Of a stretch of 64,000 bases of DNA, positions 28,566 through 36,349 are shown in pieces. The translations under genes were made by a program, and so were the position numbers. The DNA is from a virus. Every line of letters begins with the position of its first letter. Within the stretch, counting starts at the first letter, position 1. The notes beneath the pieces are model-generated. The model ran no database searches and was not told the origin of the DNA. It saw nothing but the letters and a program-made list of their open reading frames with translations. The stretch covers positions 1-64,000 of the IMG/VR virus record IMGVR_UViG_3300037189_015081. One strand, 5' to 3'.

Positions 28566-28739
28566 GTGGTAGACAGCAAGAACCCGTGGATGTGCAGCAC
28601 ATGTCGCAAGTACTACGCGGTTTCAAGTCTAGCCAGAGACTGTGAAGAAAGACACAAACATGACAACAAACGAGCAAGACAAACTTCGACACCCGAGCAG
28701 CCCTCGAGCGCTGACGATTCGCAACGCGGCGATAGCTGA
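28566..28739 (+). CDS. Possible small zinc-finger protein (not in ORF track)
   Basis: WMCSTCRKYYAVSSLARDCEERH; overlaps the next ORF by about 80 nt. Confidence 0.35.
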   Translation: MVDSKNPWMCSTCRKYYAVSSLARDCEERHKHDNKRARQTSTPEQPSSADDSQRGDS

Positions 28740-28866
28740 AGAGCGCAAGGAAATAGCTGAGTTTCTTCTTTCAGAACGTGGACGCGATGTCGTTCTTGAC
28801 ATCTGGAAAGACGACACGACCATTTTTGAGGCCATAGCTCGCGTCATTGCCGACGGAGCACGCTAG
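28660..28866 (+). CDS. Hypothetical protein
   Basis: Clean ORF coupled to the next gene. Confidence 0.5.
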   Translation: MTTNEQDKLRHPSSPRALTIRNAAIAEERKEIAEFLLSERGRDVVLDIWKDDTTIFEAIARVIADGAR

Positions 28867-29222
28867 TGGGAAAGAACAAGCCGCTGTGGACTTGTTTCAT
28901 CTGTGGAGCAGTACAGGCGCACAGCGCAGATCAGTGCACCGCGCCGGAGCACGATCTAAAACTTGAAATAGCAAGACGCGACATGCGTATCGCCCAACTT
29001 GAAGGTGCACTCGCTGATCTTGTCACTGATGGCAGCAGCTCTAGTCAGAAGACAAGTGTTGACTCGTTTATTGACCACTACACTGATGCACTGCGCGACT
29101 TCATGAGCAGCAGCTACGACAACACAAAACTGCACCACCCCGAGGATCTATCAGCAGCGATGTCATCATTCACTGACGCGTGGTTCGCGATCTTCTCGAA
29201 CTCCTGGAGAACAGAAAAATGA
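28866..29222 (+). CDS. Hypothetical protein with N-terminal Zn knuckle
   Basis: CFICG...H....C. Confidence 0.55.
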   Translation: MGKNKPLWTCFICGAVQAHSADQCTAPEHDLKLEIARRDMRIAQLEGALADLVTDGSSSSQKTSVDSFIDHYTDALRDFMSSSYDNTKLHHPEDLSAAMSSFTDAWFAIFSNSWRTEK

Positions 29223-29455
29223 GCGTAGGTAACTACTACGTCGTGCGACGACACCCCGAAGGTGGATACTTTATTGCGCAGGGATCAGTGTCAGACGGTG
29301 ATGACCGCAACGGGGATAAGTTGTTTCTTGACCTCGAGGTAGAGGACAGCTACCCGCGCTACAAGAACCTGGCCGAGGCTCGATCAGAGGCGACGTCACT
29401 GTACGCAGAGCACGGATCGCACATTCACCCAGAATGTGAAGCTCCTCCTAAGTAG
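29219..29455 (+). CDS. Hypothetical protein
   Basis: ATGA overlap with the upstream gene. Confidence 0.55.
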   Translation: MSVGNYYVVRRHPEGGYFIAQGSVSDGDDRNGDKLFLDLEVEDSYPRYKNLAEARSEATSLYAEHGSHIHPECEAPPK

Positions 29456-29464
29456 GAACAAAAC

Positions 29465-29539
29465 GCCTCGATAGCTCAGTGGTAGAGCAACGCACTTGTA
29501 ATGCGTAGGTCGTCAGTTCAATCCTGACTCGGGGCTCCA
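29465..29539 (+). tRNA. tRNA-Thr(UGU)
   Basis: Acceptor stem GCCTCGA/TCGGGGC, D arm GCTC/GAGC, anticodon arm ACGCA-CTTGTAA-TGCGT, T loop TTCAATC, encoded CCA. Confidence 0.96.
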
Positions 29540-29543
29540 AATA

Positions 29544-29617
29544 CCGCGAAGCAGTTTCCAATTATGGAATAGCCAATGTTGGCAACTGAGCGCGAGGCAA
29601 GAAGCCTCATGGCGCGG
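29544..29617 (+). ncRNA. Candidate multi-branch structured RNA directly 3' of the tRNA
   Basis: Nested stems CCGCG/CGCGG, CAGTT/AACTG, TCCA/TGGA, GCCA/TGGC and GAGGC/GCCTC. Confidence 0.35.
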
Positions 29618-29655
29618 AAAACAACTAGTCAGACGCGGTCTATAGTAGATACTCC

Positions 29656-29697
29656 CGGCTGGAAGTAGCGCGGTGTAAGCCCGCGGTGAACCAGCCG
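29656..29697 (+). promoter_or_regulatory. Structured 5' leader of the RNR operon (AGUA/GAA internal loop)
   Basis: Follows TATAGT at 29641; CGGCTGG-AAGTAG-CGCGG-TGTAAGC-CCGCG-GTGAA-CCAGCCG. Confidence 0.45.
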
Positions 29698-29733
29698 ATA
29701 CTCGTCTTCAAACAAAGAAAAAAGAGGTGAAGC

Positions 29734-29763
29734 ATGCCTCCCAAGAGAAAAGGAAAGTGCTAA
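29734..29763 (+). CDS. Possible 9-aa upstream ORF MPPKRKGKC
   Basis: GAGGTG RBS; its TAA overlaps the next ATG (TAATG). Confidence 0.3.
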   Translation: MPPKRKGKC

Positions 29764-29843
29764 TGAATGAACAGGACACCGTCGGCGGATACTCAATCCC
29801 GGTAGATCCAATGGATCTCCTCCAGTGTGACAGCTGCCAGTAA
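29763..29843 (+). CDS. 26-aa peptide resembling the redox-active C-terminal tail of RNR alpha subunit
   Basis: MNEQDTVGGYSIPVDPMDLLQCDSCQ*, AAGGA RBS, 71 nt upstream of nrdB. Confidence 0.75.
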   Translation: MNEQDTVGGYSIPVDPMDLLQCDSCQ

Positions 29844-29860
29844 GCACTCCTAAACCAGCG

Positions 29861-29888
29861 AATGCCCCGGCTGAAAAGTCGGGGCATT
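29861..29888 (+). terminator. 12-bp GAAA-tetraloop hairpin between the peptide ORF and nrdB
   Basis: AATGCCCCGGCT-GAAA-AGTCGGGGCATT; no U tract. Confidence 0.5.
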
Positions 29889-29914
29889 GCCAACTAAAAA
29901 GAAGGAAAACAAAA

Positions 29915-30895
29915 ATGGGAATTCTCGGAACAGGTATTCAGGAAGGACTGCTCCTCAAGCCAGTCAAGTATCAGTGGGCAATGGACCTCTATGACCAGGC
30001 TGTGGCAAACACCTGGTTCCCCAACGAAATCCAGCTCGGTGAAGACATCGCCGACTTCAAGAAGATGACCGAGGAGGAGCAGCACGCGATCACCTTCCTC
30101 ATGAGCTTCTTCAACCCGTCGGAGTTGATCGTCAACAAGGCTCTGGCCTTCGGCGTGTACCCGTACCTTAACGCTCCCGAGGCGCACCTGTACCTGGCCA
30201 AGCAGATGTGGGAAGAAGCAAACCACTGCATGTCGTTCGAGTACGTTCTCGAGACCTTCCCCGTCGATCGGGACAAAATCTACAACCAGCACGTCTCCGT
30301 CCCCTCGATTAAGGCTAAGGAAGACTTCGAGGTCAAGTTCATCAAGCGCATGACCGAAGACACCATTGACATCAGCACCGTAGAGGGCAAGCAGGACTTT
30401 GTTCGCAACCTCGTGGCTTACTCGGTCATCATGGAGGGCATCTGGTTCTACTCGGGCTTCATGGTGGCCCTGAGCTTCCGTCAGCGCAACCTGCTGCGCA
30501 ACTTTGGTTCCTTGGTTGACTGGATTGTTCGCGACGAGTCGCTGCACCTCAAGTTCGGAATCAACCTCGTCGTGACCGTTCTCGAGGAAAACCCGGAGAT
30601 CGTCACCGAGGAATTTGCTGCCGAGATCAAGCAGATGATCCTCGACGCTGTCGAGATGGAAGTCGCGTACAACAACGACCAGTTCCCGAGTGGCATTCTC
30701 GGTCTCAACGCCGACTACGTGGGTCAGTACACCAAGTACCTGGCTGACCGTCGTCTCGAGGAGCTCGGCTTCGAGCCCGAGTACAAGGTGTCGAACCCCG
30801 CTAAGTGGATGGCTACCGCCAACGACACCCTGCAGCTGGTCAACTTCTTCGAAGCGACCAACACCAGCTACGAGTCGAACGCATCGGCGAAATAA
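29915..30895 (+). CDS. nrdB: Ribonucleotide reductase beta subunit, class Ic signature
   Basis: W.P.EI...D, FFNPSE, EEANHCMSF, EGIWFYSGF, RDESLH, NFFE.....Y. Confidence 0.93.
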   Translation: MGILGTGIQEGLLLKPVKYQWAMDLYDQAVANTWFPNEIQLGEDIADFKKMTEEEQHAITFLMSFFNPSELIVNKALAFGVYPYLNAPEAHLYLAKQMWEEANHCMSFEYVLETFPVDRDKIYNQHVSVPSIKAKEDFEVKFIKRMTEDTIDISTVEGKQDFVRNLVAYSVIMEGIWFYSGFMVALSFRQRNLLRNFGSLVDWIVRDESLHLKFGINLVVTVLEENPEIVTEEFAAEIKQMILDAVEMEVAYNNDQFPSGILGLNADYVGQYTKYLADRRLEELGFEPEYKVSNPAKWMATANDTLQLVNFFEATNTSYESNASAK

Positions 30896-31035
30896 ACCTG
30901 TCGGGAAGGTAGAGCACTTCATAGATTAAAGAGGTGCAACGCGGCGCCGTGAGAAATCCACGCCATGTTTACCTTAAATACGCGAAGCGCGGAGTAGCAG
31001 CCACGCCTGGTGGATGTTGTGGTAGAGGACAGGTT
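30895..31035 (+). ncRNA. Candidate ~140-nt structured RNA 3' of nrdB
   Basis: Closing stem AACCTGTC/GACAGGTT encloses AAGGTAGA/TTTACCTT, GCACTTC/GAGGTGC, CGTG/CACG, CGC-GAA-GCG and an imperfect GCAGCCAC/GTGGATGT stem. Confidence 0.45.
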
Positions 31036-31102
31036 CATTTACATATAACTAAAATATGTATACAGGTCTAAAACTTACTTATCTTGCTTAGAAGGCACCA
31101 GC

Positions 31103-31411
31103 ATGAAGAACATTTTTAAGGGCGTGCTGCTGCGCTCTCTCGGTATCGCGTTGATGTCGTTCATCCCTGGAATGGGTATCGGAGCAGCCGCCGCAAACGG
31201 TAACTGGTTCGTGGGTGGAATCATCGCCACTGGAACAGCCTTTTCCACTGTAATTCTCTACCTTGGCGTCGTCCTGACTTGGTCTGGAACAATCACCGCT
31301 AAGGACATCGAGACGGCTTTTCGTTCAGCGGCAGCAAAATCCGCCGAGGGAAATGACGACGTCAAGGAAGCGCTGGAAGAGCACACGGCGACCAAGCCTA
31401 AAACAAAGTAG
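31103..31411 (+). CDS. Two-TM membrane protein
   Basis: Two hydrophobic segments and a charged tail. Confidence 0.65.
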   Translation: MKNIFKGVLLRSLGIALMSFIPGMGIGAAAANGNWFVGGIIATGTAFSTVILYLGVVLTWSGTITAKDIETAFRSAAAKSAEGNDDVKEALEEHTATKPKTK

Positions 31412-31419
31412 GTGGCGCG

Positions 31420-33117
31420 ATGTACCGTCGCTCTTTTGCGCCAAAAATAGCGGCAGTAACACTGTCACTAGTGTTCCTGTTTGCCGTCCTTGCTCCCGTG
31501 TTCTTGATCTCCTCTGAGGCTTCCGCGTACCCGGTTCCGCAGTCAGCGGAAGAATACGCGGCGTACATTGCTGATGCGCAGCACCTGGTTGACGTCGCGG
31601 AAGGCAACTTGTCGTCTAGGAATCAAGAAGTATCAGCCGCACAAAGTGAACTTGACTCTGCCAGGCAGAATGCCTTAAGCGCTCAGGATGCCGAGACAGC
31701 GGCGTTGAACTCGCGCGACTCCGCCCAGGTCGCGTACGACACCCAACTAGTTCCTATCAGCACTGTCACGTACGACAGCGGAATCACCGCCGACGTATTT
31801 AACCGTCGCGGCTACAACTCGGGTCCCCCCATTCCGTCCGTATATGAGACTCCAACATACTCAAAAAACGTGCCACAGATCGACTTCAACTGGGGAAGCG
31901 GGTACATTCTGCAAACCGGAAACAATTGGTACTCAGAAGACGTAATCGTAAGATTCACGGGAAACCTTATCTTCCCCGCGGACGGCTACTACCAGTTTTA
32001 CACACCCGCCGATGATGGTACAAAACTAAACATCGCGGGGACGGACCTGATCAACAACTGGTGGGATAAAGGTGGCGGAGGAACACCGTCACAGTACACA
32101 TTTTTTAGAGGTGGAGTGCTCTATCCGTTTACACTGTACTACTATGAAAACGGCGGGGCAGCAAACGTCTCCTTCCAGTATCGTCAAACAACCACAAACT
32201 GGCAGGTAGTTCCAGCCGCTCTCTTTGCGCAGAACCCTGTCACGACGATCACGTATGAACATGATCCAGAGCTTCTTACCGCGCTTAATTCCCGGCAGTC
32301 AGAGTACGAGGCCGCCATTGCTGCAAGAGAGCAGGCCGATGCAGACGTAGCCACGGCTGAGCAAACCCTCAACACGCTCACAGCAACGCTGGCTGATTTA
32401 GAACAACAGCTTCTTAGCGCACAGGAAAACCTGGCGGCGGTTCCAGCATACATCGCCCCGGTAATCGTTCCAACACCTGAACCAACACTTGAGCCGATAC
32501 CGTCAGTGACGCCGGAGCCAGAGCCGTCACCGACACCGTCACAGGTAGCAACGCCGACCATAGAACCTGTTCCACCGGTGGTGCAGCCAGTTGCCGCACC
32601 TGAGCCGGAACCAGCGCCAGCCGCTCCGCAGCCTGTAGAAGCACCAGCAACAACGACAAGCGCTGAACCTGCACCGGTTGCTCCGCTAGAGATCACCATT
32701 CCAGAAGACCCGCAGAACATGACCGTGGCAGAAGCAGCAGTCCTAAAAGCTGACGCACTGGCCGTACTCGACAACGCGCAGCCGGGAAGCGAACAATACG
32801 ACAAAGCCCTTGAAGCCCTGTACGCCGTCGCGCAGGCTGATGACATCAAGGTTGATCCACAACTAGCGGCTGTCCCGGTTCTTGGAGCCGCACTTAGCGG
32901 GGTAGTATACCTTGTCAACTTTGTTGGCAACGTCGGGGCGGACATGTCACCTAAAATGCGTGAAGAGTCCAAGAAAGTAGTCGTGTCCGCCGTTGTCGCC
33001 GGACAGATCGCACAGGTTGCCGCATCCGCGGCCGTAGCAACCACTGGGGGAGCTAGCGGCGGAACCGGCGGGAGCAGCTCGTCCAAGAAATCATCACCAT
33101 CATCAAAAAGGAAGTAA
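31420..33117 (+). CDS. Exported PA14-domain protein with coiled coils, Pro-rich linker and C-terminal hydrophobic segments
   Basis: Signal-peptide-like N-terminus; IDFNWG.G, VRFTG, ADDG..L, YYENGG.A. Confidence 0.8.
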   Translation: MYRRSFAPKIAAVTLSLVFLFAVLAPVFLISSEASAYPVPQSAEEYAAYIADAQHLVDVAEGNLSSRNQEVSAAQSELDSARQNALSAQDAETAALNSRDSAQVAYDTQLVPISTVTYDSGITADVFNRRGYNSGPPIPSVYETPTYSKNVPQIDFNWGSGYILQTGNNWYSEDVIVRFTGNLIFPADGYYQFYTPADDGTKLNIAGTDLINNWWDKGGGGTPSQYTFFRGGVLYPFTLYYYENGGAANVSFQYRQTTTNWQVVPAALFAQNPVTTITYEHDPELLTALNSRQSEYEAAIAAREQADADVATAEQTLNTLTATLADLEQQLLSAQENLAAVPAYIAPVIVPTPEPTLEPIPSVTPEPEPSPTPSQVATPTIEPVPPVVQPVAAPEPEPAPAAPQPVEAPATTTSAEPAPVAPLEITIPEDPQNMTVAEAAVLKADALAVLDNAQPGSEQYDKALEALYAVAQADDIKVDPQLAAVPVLGAALSGVVYLVNFVGNVGADMSPKMREESKKVVVSAVVAGQIAQVAASAAVATTGGASGGTGGSSSSKKSSPSSKRK

Positions 33118-33120
33118 AAA

Positions 33121-33531
33121 ATGTATGAATATCGAGTAAAGTCAGTTCTCAATGTCGTTGACGGCGACACGATCGACGTTGACATCGACCTGGGGTTTGA
33201 CATCTCGCTGACAAAGCGCGTGCGACTCGCGGGCATTGACACGCCGGAATCGCGCACGAGCGACGACAATGAAAAGACCTTTGGTCTTGAAGCCAAAGAG
33301 GTTCTTAAGAAAGCTCTTGAACACGCAAAGGTAGTCGTGATTCGCACTGAACTGCCAGACTCGTCTGAAAAATACGGACGAATTCTTGGCTGGCTCTATA
33401 TCGACGGGGCTCAGGAATCATTCAACAAGACGCTGGTATCGTCTGGGTACGCCTGGGACTACGCTGGTGGAACCAAGGTAAAGGACTTCGAGATTCTTAA
33501 GCAGCGACGTGCCGCTGCAGGTATCAAGTAG
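33121..33531 (+). CDS. Thermonuclease (SNase-like)
   Basis: VVDGDTI, VRLAGIDTPE, KYGRIL, LV..GYA. Confidence 0.9.
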   Translation: MYEYRVKSVLNVVDGDTIDVDIDLGFDISLTKRVRLAGIDTPESRTSDDNEKTFGLEAKEVLKKALEHAKVVVIRTELPDSSEKYGRILGWLYIDGAQESFNKTLVSSGYAWDYAGGTKVKDFEILKQRRAAAGIK

Positions 33532-33545
33532 AAGCGAGGATAATC

Positions 33546-33743
33546 ATGAAAAAAATTGCAGCATTCTTTAAGGACCTGTTCAAGGACCTGGTTGACCAGG
33601 CTTGGACGCTACTCGGTCTCGCCATTGCGTACCTCGTTCTTGAAGGTTCGGCACGGACACTTACCGGAAACCTCATTCTTATCACTCTAGGGATCTGGGT
33701 TCTCACATTCCCGTTGCGACGCGATAAAAACGACCTCGAATAG
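33546..33743 (+). CDS. Small two-TM membrane protein
   Basis: WTLLGLAIAYLVL and LILITLGIWVLTF. Confidence 0.65.
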   Translation: MKKIAAFFKDLFKDLVDQAWTLLGLAIAYLVLEGSARTLTGNLILITLGIWVLTFPLRRDKNDLE

Positions 33744-33785
33744 TTCTCGCGCCTGGCGCGATAAAATAGCATCAAGGAGACAAAC

Positions 33786-33866
33786 ATGACTCTGTCGTTA
33801 AGTAAAACTATTACCGTAGCGGCTAAAGCAGCGTGCGGAGAAACCTGCACCTGCGGTAAAAAGTAG
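33786..33866 (+). CDS. 26-aa Cys-rich micropeptide (not in ORF track)
   Basis: MTLSLSKTITVAAKAACGETCTCGKK*, with TAAAAT -10 at 33762 and an AAGGAG RBS. Confidence 0.55.
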   Translation: MTLSLSKTITVAAKAACGETCTCGKK

Positions 33867-33867
33867 C

Positions 33868-34050
33868 GTGGCGTACCATAGCGAGGACAGAACCACTGTT
33901 CTTCGTGAGCTACTTGCCTTGGTCCAGGAAAAGGACTCGCAGGGCGACATCATAGCGGCCGAGGTTCTTATCTGGGCTTTCCGGCGGCTAGTCGGAGATC
34001 CAACAGACCCTAATAAGTACCCTGAAACGAAAGACAACTATGGCAACTAA
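33868..34050 (+). CDS. Hypothetical protein
   Basis: Fills the gap between the micropeptide and thioredoxin. Confidence 0.5.
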   Translation: MAYHSEDRTTVLRELLALVQEKDSQGDIIAAEVLIWAFRRLVGDPTDPNKYPETKDNYGN

Positions 34051-34363
34051 AATAGCCAGCACCGAGACATTTGACGATCTAGTACTGCGCGCCGACAAGC
34101 CCGTTCTCGTTGACTTCTGGGCAGAGTGGTGCGGTCCGTGCCGCGCACTAGCTCCAATTCTTGATCAAATCGCTGAAGAGCACGGTGACAAGATCAAAAT
34201 TGTAAAAGTAAACGTTGACGACAACCCGGAACTTGGCTCGCGATACCGGGTAACGTCCTTGCCGATGATGAAGGTCATTGTCCAGGGTGAAGTCGCTAAA
34301 ACAATTCCAGGGGTCAAACCCAAACACGTGCTAGAATTTGAACTAGCAGATTTCATCCAATAG
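34040..34363 (+). CDS. trxA: Thioredoxin
   Basis: VLVDFWAEWCGPC, VKVNVD. Confidence 0.95.
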   Translation: MATKIASTETFDDLVLRADKPVLVDFWAEWCGPCRALAPILDQIAEEHGDKIKIVKVNVDDNPELGSRYRVTSLPMMKVIVQGEVAKTIPGVKPKHVLEFELADFIQ

Positions 34364-34417
34364 GAGAGACTGCGTAAGAGCCGGTTATCGAATACGATTT
34401 CCGGCTCTTCTCCTATT
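34359..34417 (+). terminator. Long interrupted hairpin after thioredoxin
   Basis: AATAGGAG/CTCCTATT, AAGAGCCGG/CCGGCTCTT and ATCG/CGAT. Confidence 0.5.
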
Positions 34418-34454
34418 AGAATTGACCAATACGTCATGACGATAGGACTAAAAA

Positions 34455-35513
34455 ATGAAGGTTGCCGTTTACACCATCGCTCTAAATGAGGCGGCGCATG
34501 TTGAGCGCTGGTACGAATCTTCACGTGACGCTGACTATCATCTGATTCTCGACACTGGATCCACAGATGACACGGTACAGATCGCTCGTGATCTCGGGAT
34601 AACCGTACTCGAGGCACGTGTTTTTCCGTGGAGATTTGACCTGGCTAGAAACACGGCAATGGCGCTGTTGCCGAGCGACATTGACTACTGCGTCTCAATG
34701 GACATGGACGAGATTCTTATGCCAGGGTGGCGTTCTGAATTAGAAAAGGCGTATGAGGCAGGTGCAACACTTGCACGGCTAATGTTTACGTTCTCCTTTA
34801 ATCCAGACGGTACTCCAGGGTTTCAGTTTGGCGCAAGCCGTATTCACGCTAGAAACGGTTACATTTGGAAGTACCCGATCCACGAGGTGATAGCGCCGTA
34901 CCAGATTGAAGAGAAGCAGTTCTGGACTGGTATAGAAATGCAACACCACCCGGACAGGACAAAGTCTAGAGAACAGTACATGCCCATGCTCGAGGCTGCG
35001 GTACGGAGTGACCCGCTAGATGCACGCCTCTCCTTCTACTATGGTCGTGAACTTATGTATCACGGCAGGAACCGCGAGGCGGTACAGGAGCTGGAGCGAT
35101 TCCTGTCTCTCCCAACAGCAACATGGGTTGGTGACCGATCCGATGCCATGCTCTACATATCAAAGTGCGTCGCTGACCCGGTCGAGGCTCGCCAATGGGT
35201 GTCGATGTCTATCCGAGAAACACCTGATAGACGCGAAGGGTACGTTCGCATGGCGCTACTGTGCTATCACTCTGGAGAGTACCGTGAGGCTCTGAACTAC
35301 GCCGAGCGCGCGATAGCCATAACTGATAGACCGCTACAGTACATGTGCGAAGAATGGGCGTGGAACTGGGAGCTATGGGACGTGGCCGCGATCTCAGCCT
35401 GGTGCATTGGTGAAAAGGAAAAGGCCGTACAGTACGGAGAAATCGCACTGGATCTCGGGCCGCATGTTCCACGTCTACACGAAAACATGAAATACTACTC
35501 GGGTAAGGTCTAG
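34455..35513 (+). CDS. GT2 glycosyltransferase with TPR repeats
   Basis: I..NE, DTGSTDDT, F..ARN, DMDE, IHE, then TPR helices. Confidence 0.88.
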   Translation: MKVAVYTIALNEAAHVERWYESSRDADYHLILDTGSTDDTVQIARDLGITVLEARVFPWRFDLARNTAMALLPSDIDYCVSMDMDEILMPGWRSELEKAYEAGATLARLMFTFSFNPDGTPGFQFGASRIHARNGYIWKYPIHEVIAPYQIEEKQFWTGIEMQHHPDRTKSREQYMPMLEAAVRSDPLDARLSFYYGRELMYHGRNREAVQELERFLSLPTATWVGDRSDAMLYISKCVADPVEARQWVSMSIRETPDRREGYVRMALLCYHSGEYREALNYAERAIAITDRPLQYMCEEWAWNWELWDVAAISAWCIGEKEKAVQYGEIALDLGPHVPRLHENMKYYSGKV

Positions 35514-35559
35514 TATCTCCAGGTAAAATAGATTGCAGGCGCGTGAGATTGAGGTTGGC

Positions 35560-35904
35560 GTGGCATTTCCTGCATCTGTACCGGTGTTGAAGATTTACAA
35601 GGGTGATACCTTCAATGCCTCTTTTGTGCTGAAAAGTAACGACGAACCAATCGACTTTGTTGCTCAGGGATGGACCACCTGGACAGCTCAATGGCGTGAA
35701 ACAAAAACAGCGACGGCTTCTGTACCGTTCATTGTTGACGCGTCACAGTCAAACATCGGGCGCATCAAGATCACTATGACGGCCATGAACACTCGCAGCG
35801 TGAAAAAAGGATACTGGGATATACAGGCAATCCGCGGTGAAGAAGTAAAAACATGGCTACGCGGTGACGTACTCACGGACGGGGACGTTACGCGTGGTAG
35901 TTAA
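35560..35904 (+). CDS. Virion protein (BppU-N/adaptor-like)
   Basis: L.IY.GDTF...WTAQWR...G.I.I...WDIQ pattern, leading the fibre cluster. Confidence 0.55.
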   Translation: MAFPASVPVLKIYKGDTFNASFVLKSNDEPIDFVAQGWTTWTAQWRETKTATASVPFIVDASQSNIGRIKITMTAMNTRSVKKGYWDIQAIRGEEVKTWLRGDVLTDGDVTRGS

Positions 35905-36340
35905 GTCGATAAAAAACGGCGATGAAGTCGTCGTCGAGGTTGTTGAGACACAGGTAGTAGAGGTCGAGGTATCCTCTGAGGTATCAGTAGTAGAGGTTGC
36001 CACTGGTGTAATTGGACCAGTCGGACAGACAGGTCCAACGGGTCCGATCGGACCTCAAGGTGTAACAGGCCCAACAGGTAGTACTGGACCGACTGGTGCC
36101 ACTGGTGCTACAGGGCCTGGAGTTACCCCAGAGGAAGTCATCGCGATTACCTCGTATACTCACAGCCAGCTTGCTCCTTTTTCTACTTGGACCATAACCC
36201 ACAATCTTGGTTTTCAACCCAACGTCACCGTCTTTGACACCGCATTGACGATGATCGAGGGCAATGTCGTACACAATAGCGCCAACTCACTAACCATTCA
36301 GTTTTCAGCGGCAATCTCTGGAAGCGCAGTTCTATCCTAA
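35894..36340 (+). CDS. Short collagen-repeat virion protein
   Basis: GxT repeats, then WTITHNLG. Confidence 0.65.
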   Translation: MVVKSIKNGDEVVVEVVETQVVEVEVSSEVSVVEVATGVIGPVGQTGPTGPIGPQGVTGPTGSTGPTGATGATGPGVTPEEVIAITSYTHSQLAPFSTWTITHNLGFQPNVTVFDTALTMIEGNVVHNSANSLTIQFSAAISGSAVLS

Positions 36341-36349
36341 GGAAAGAAA

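Noticed and set aside
29540-29620. tRNA-associated HDV-like (theta) ribozyme or second tRNA
   Set aside because: I could not build the nested double pseudoknot, and there are no D-loop or T-loop consensus sequences.
29656-29720. Cobalamin riboswitch
   Set aside because: Only the GGAA and GGTGnAAnnCC elements resemble it, and I could not find the B12-box or kissing-loop parts. It is kept as an unknown structured leader.
29540-29843. nrdA pseudogene remnant
   Set aside because: There is an in-frame stop at 29676, no NrdA-like residues upstream of the ATG, and a dedicated RBS and start for the peptide.
29894-30922. 342-aa antisense ORF over nrdB (also 15372..16169, 32184..33347, 62115..62759)
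   Set aside because: These are shadow ORFs produced by codon bias of the real genes on the opposite strand, and they carry no motifs.
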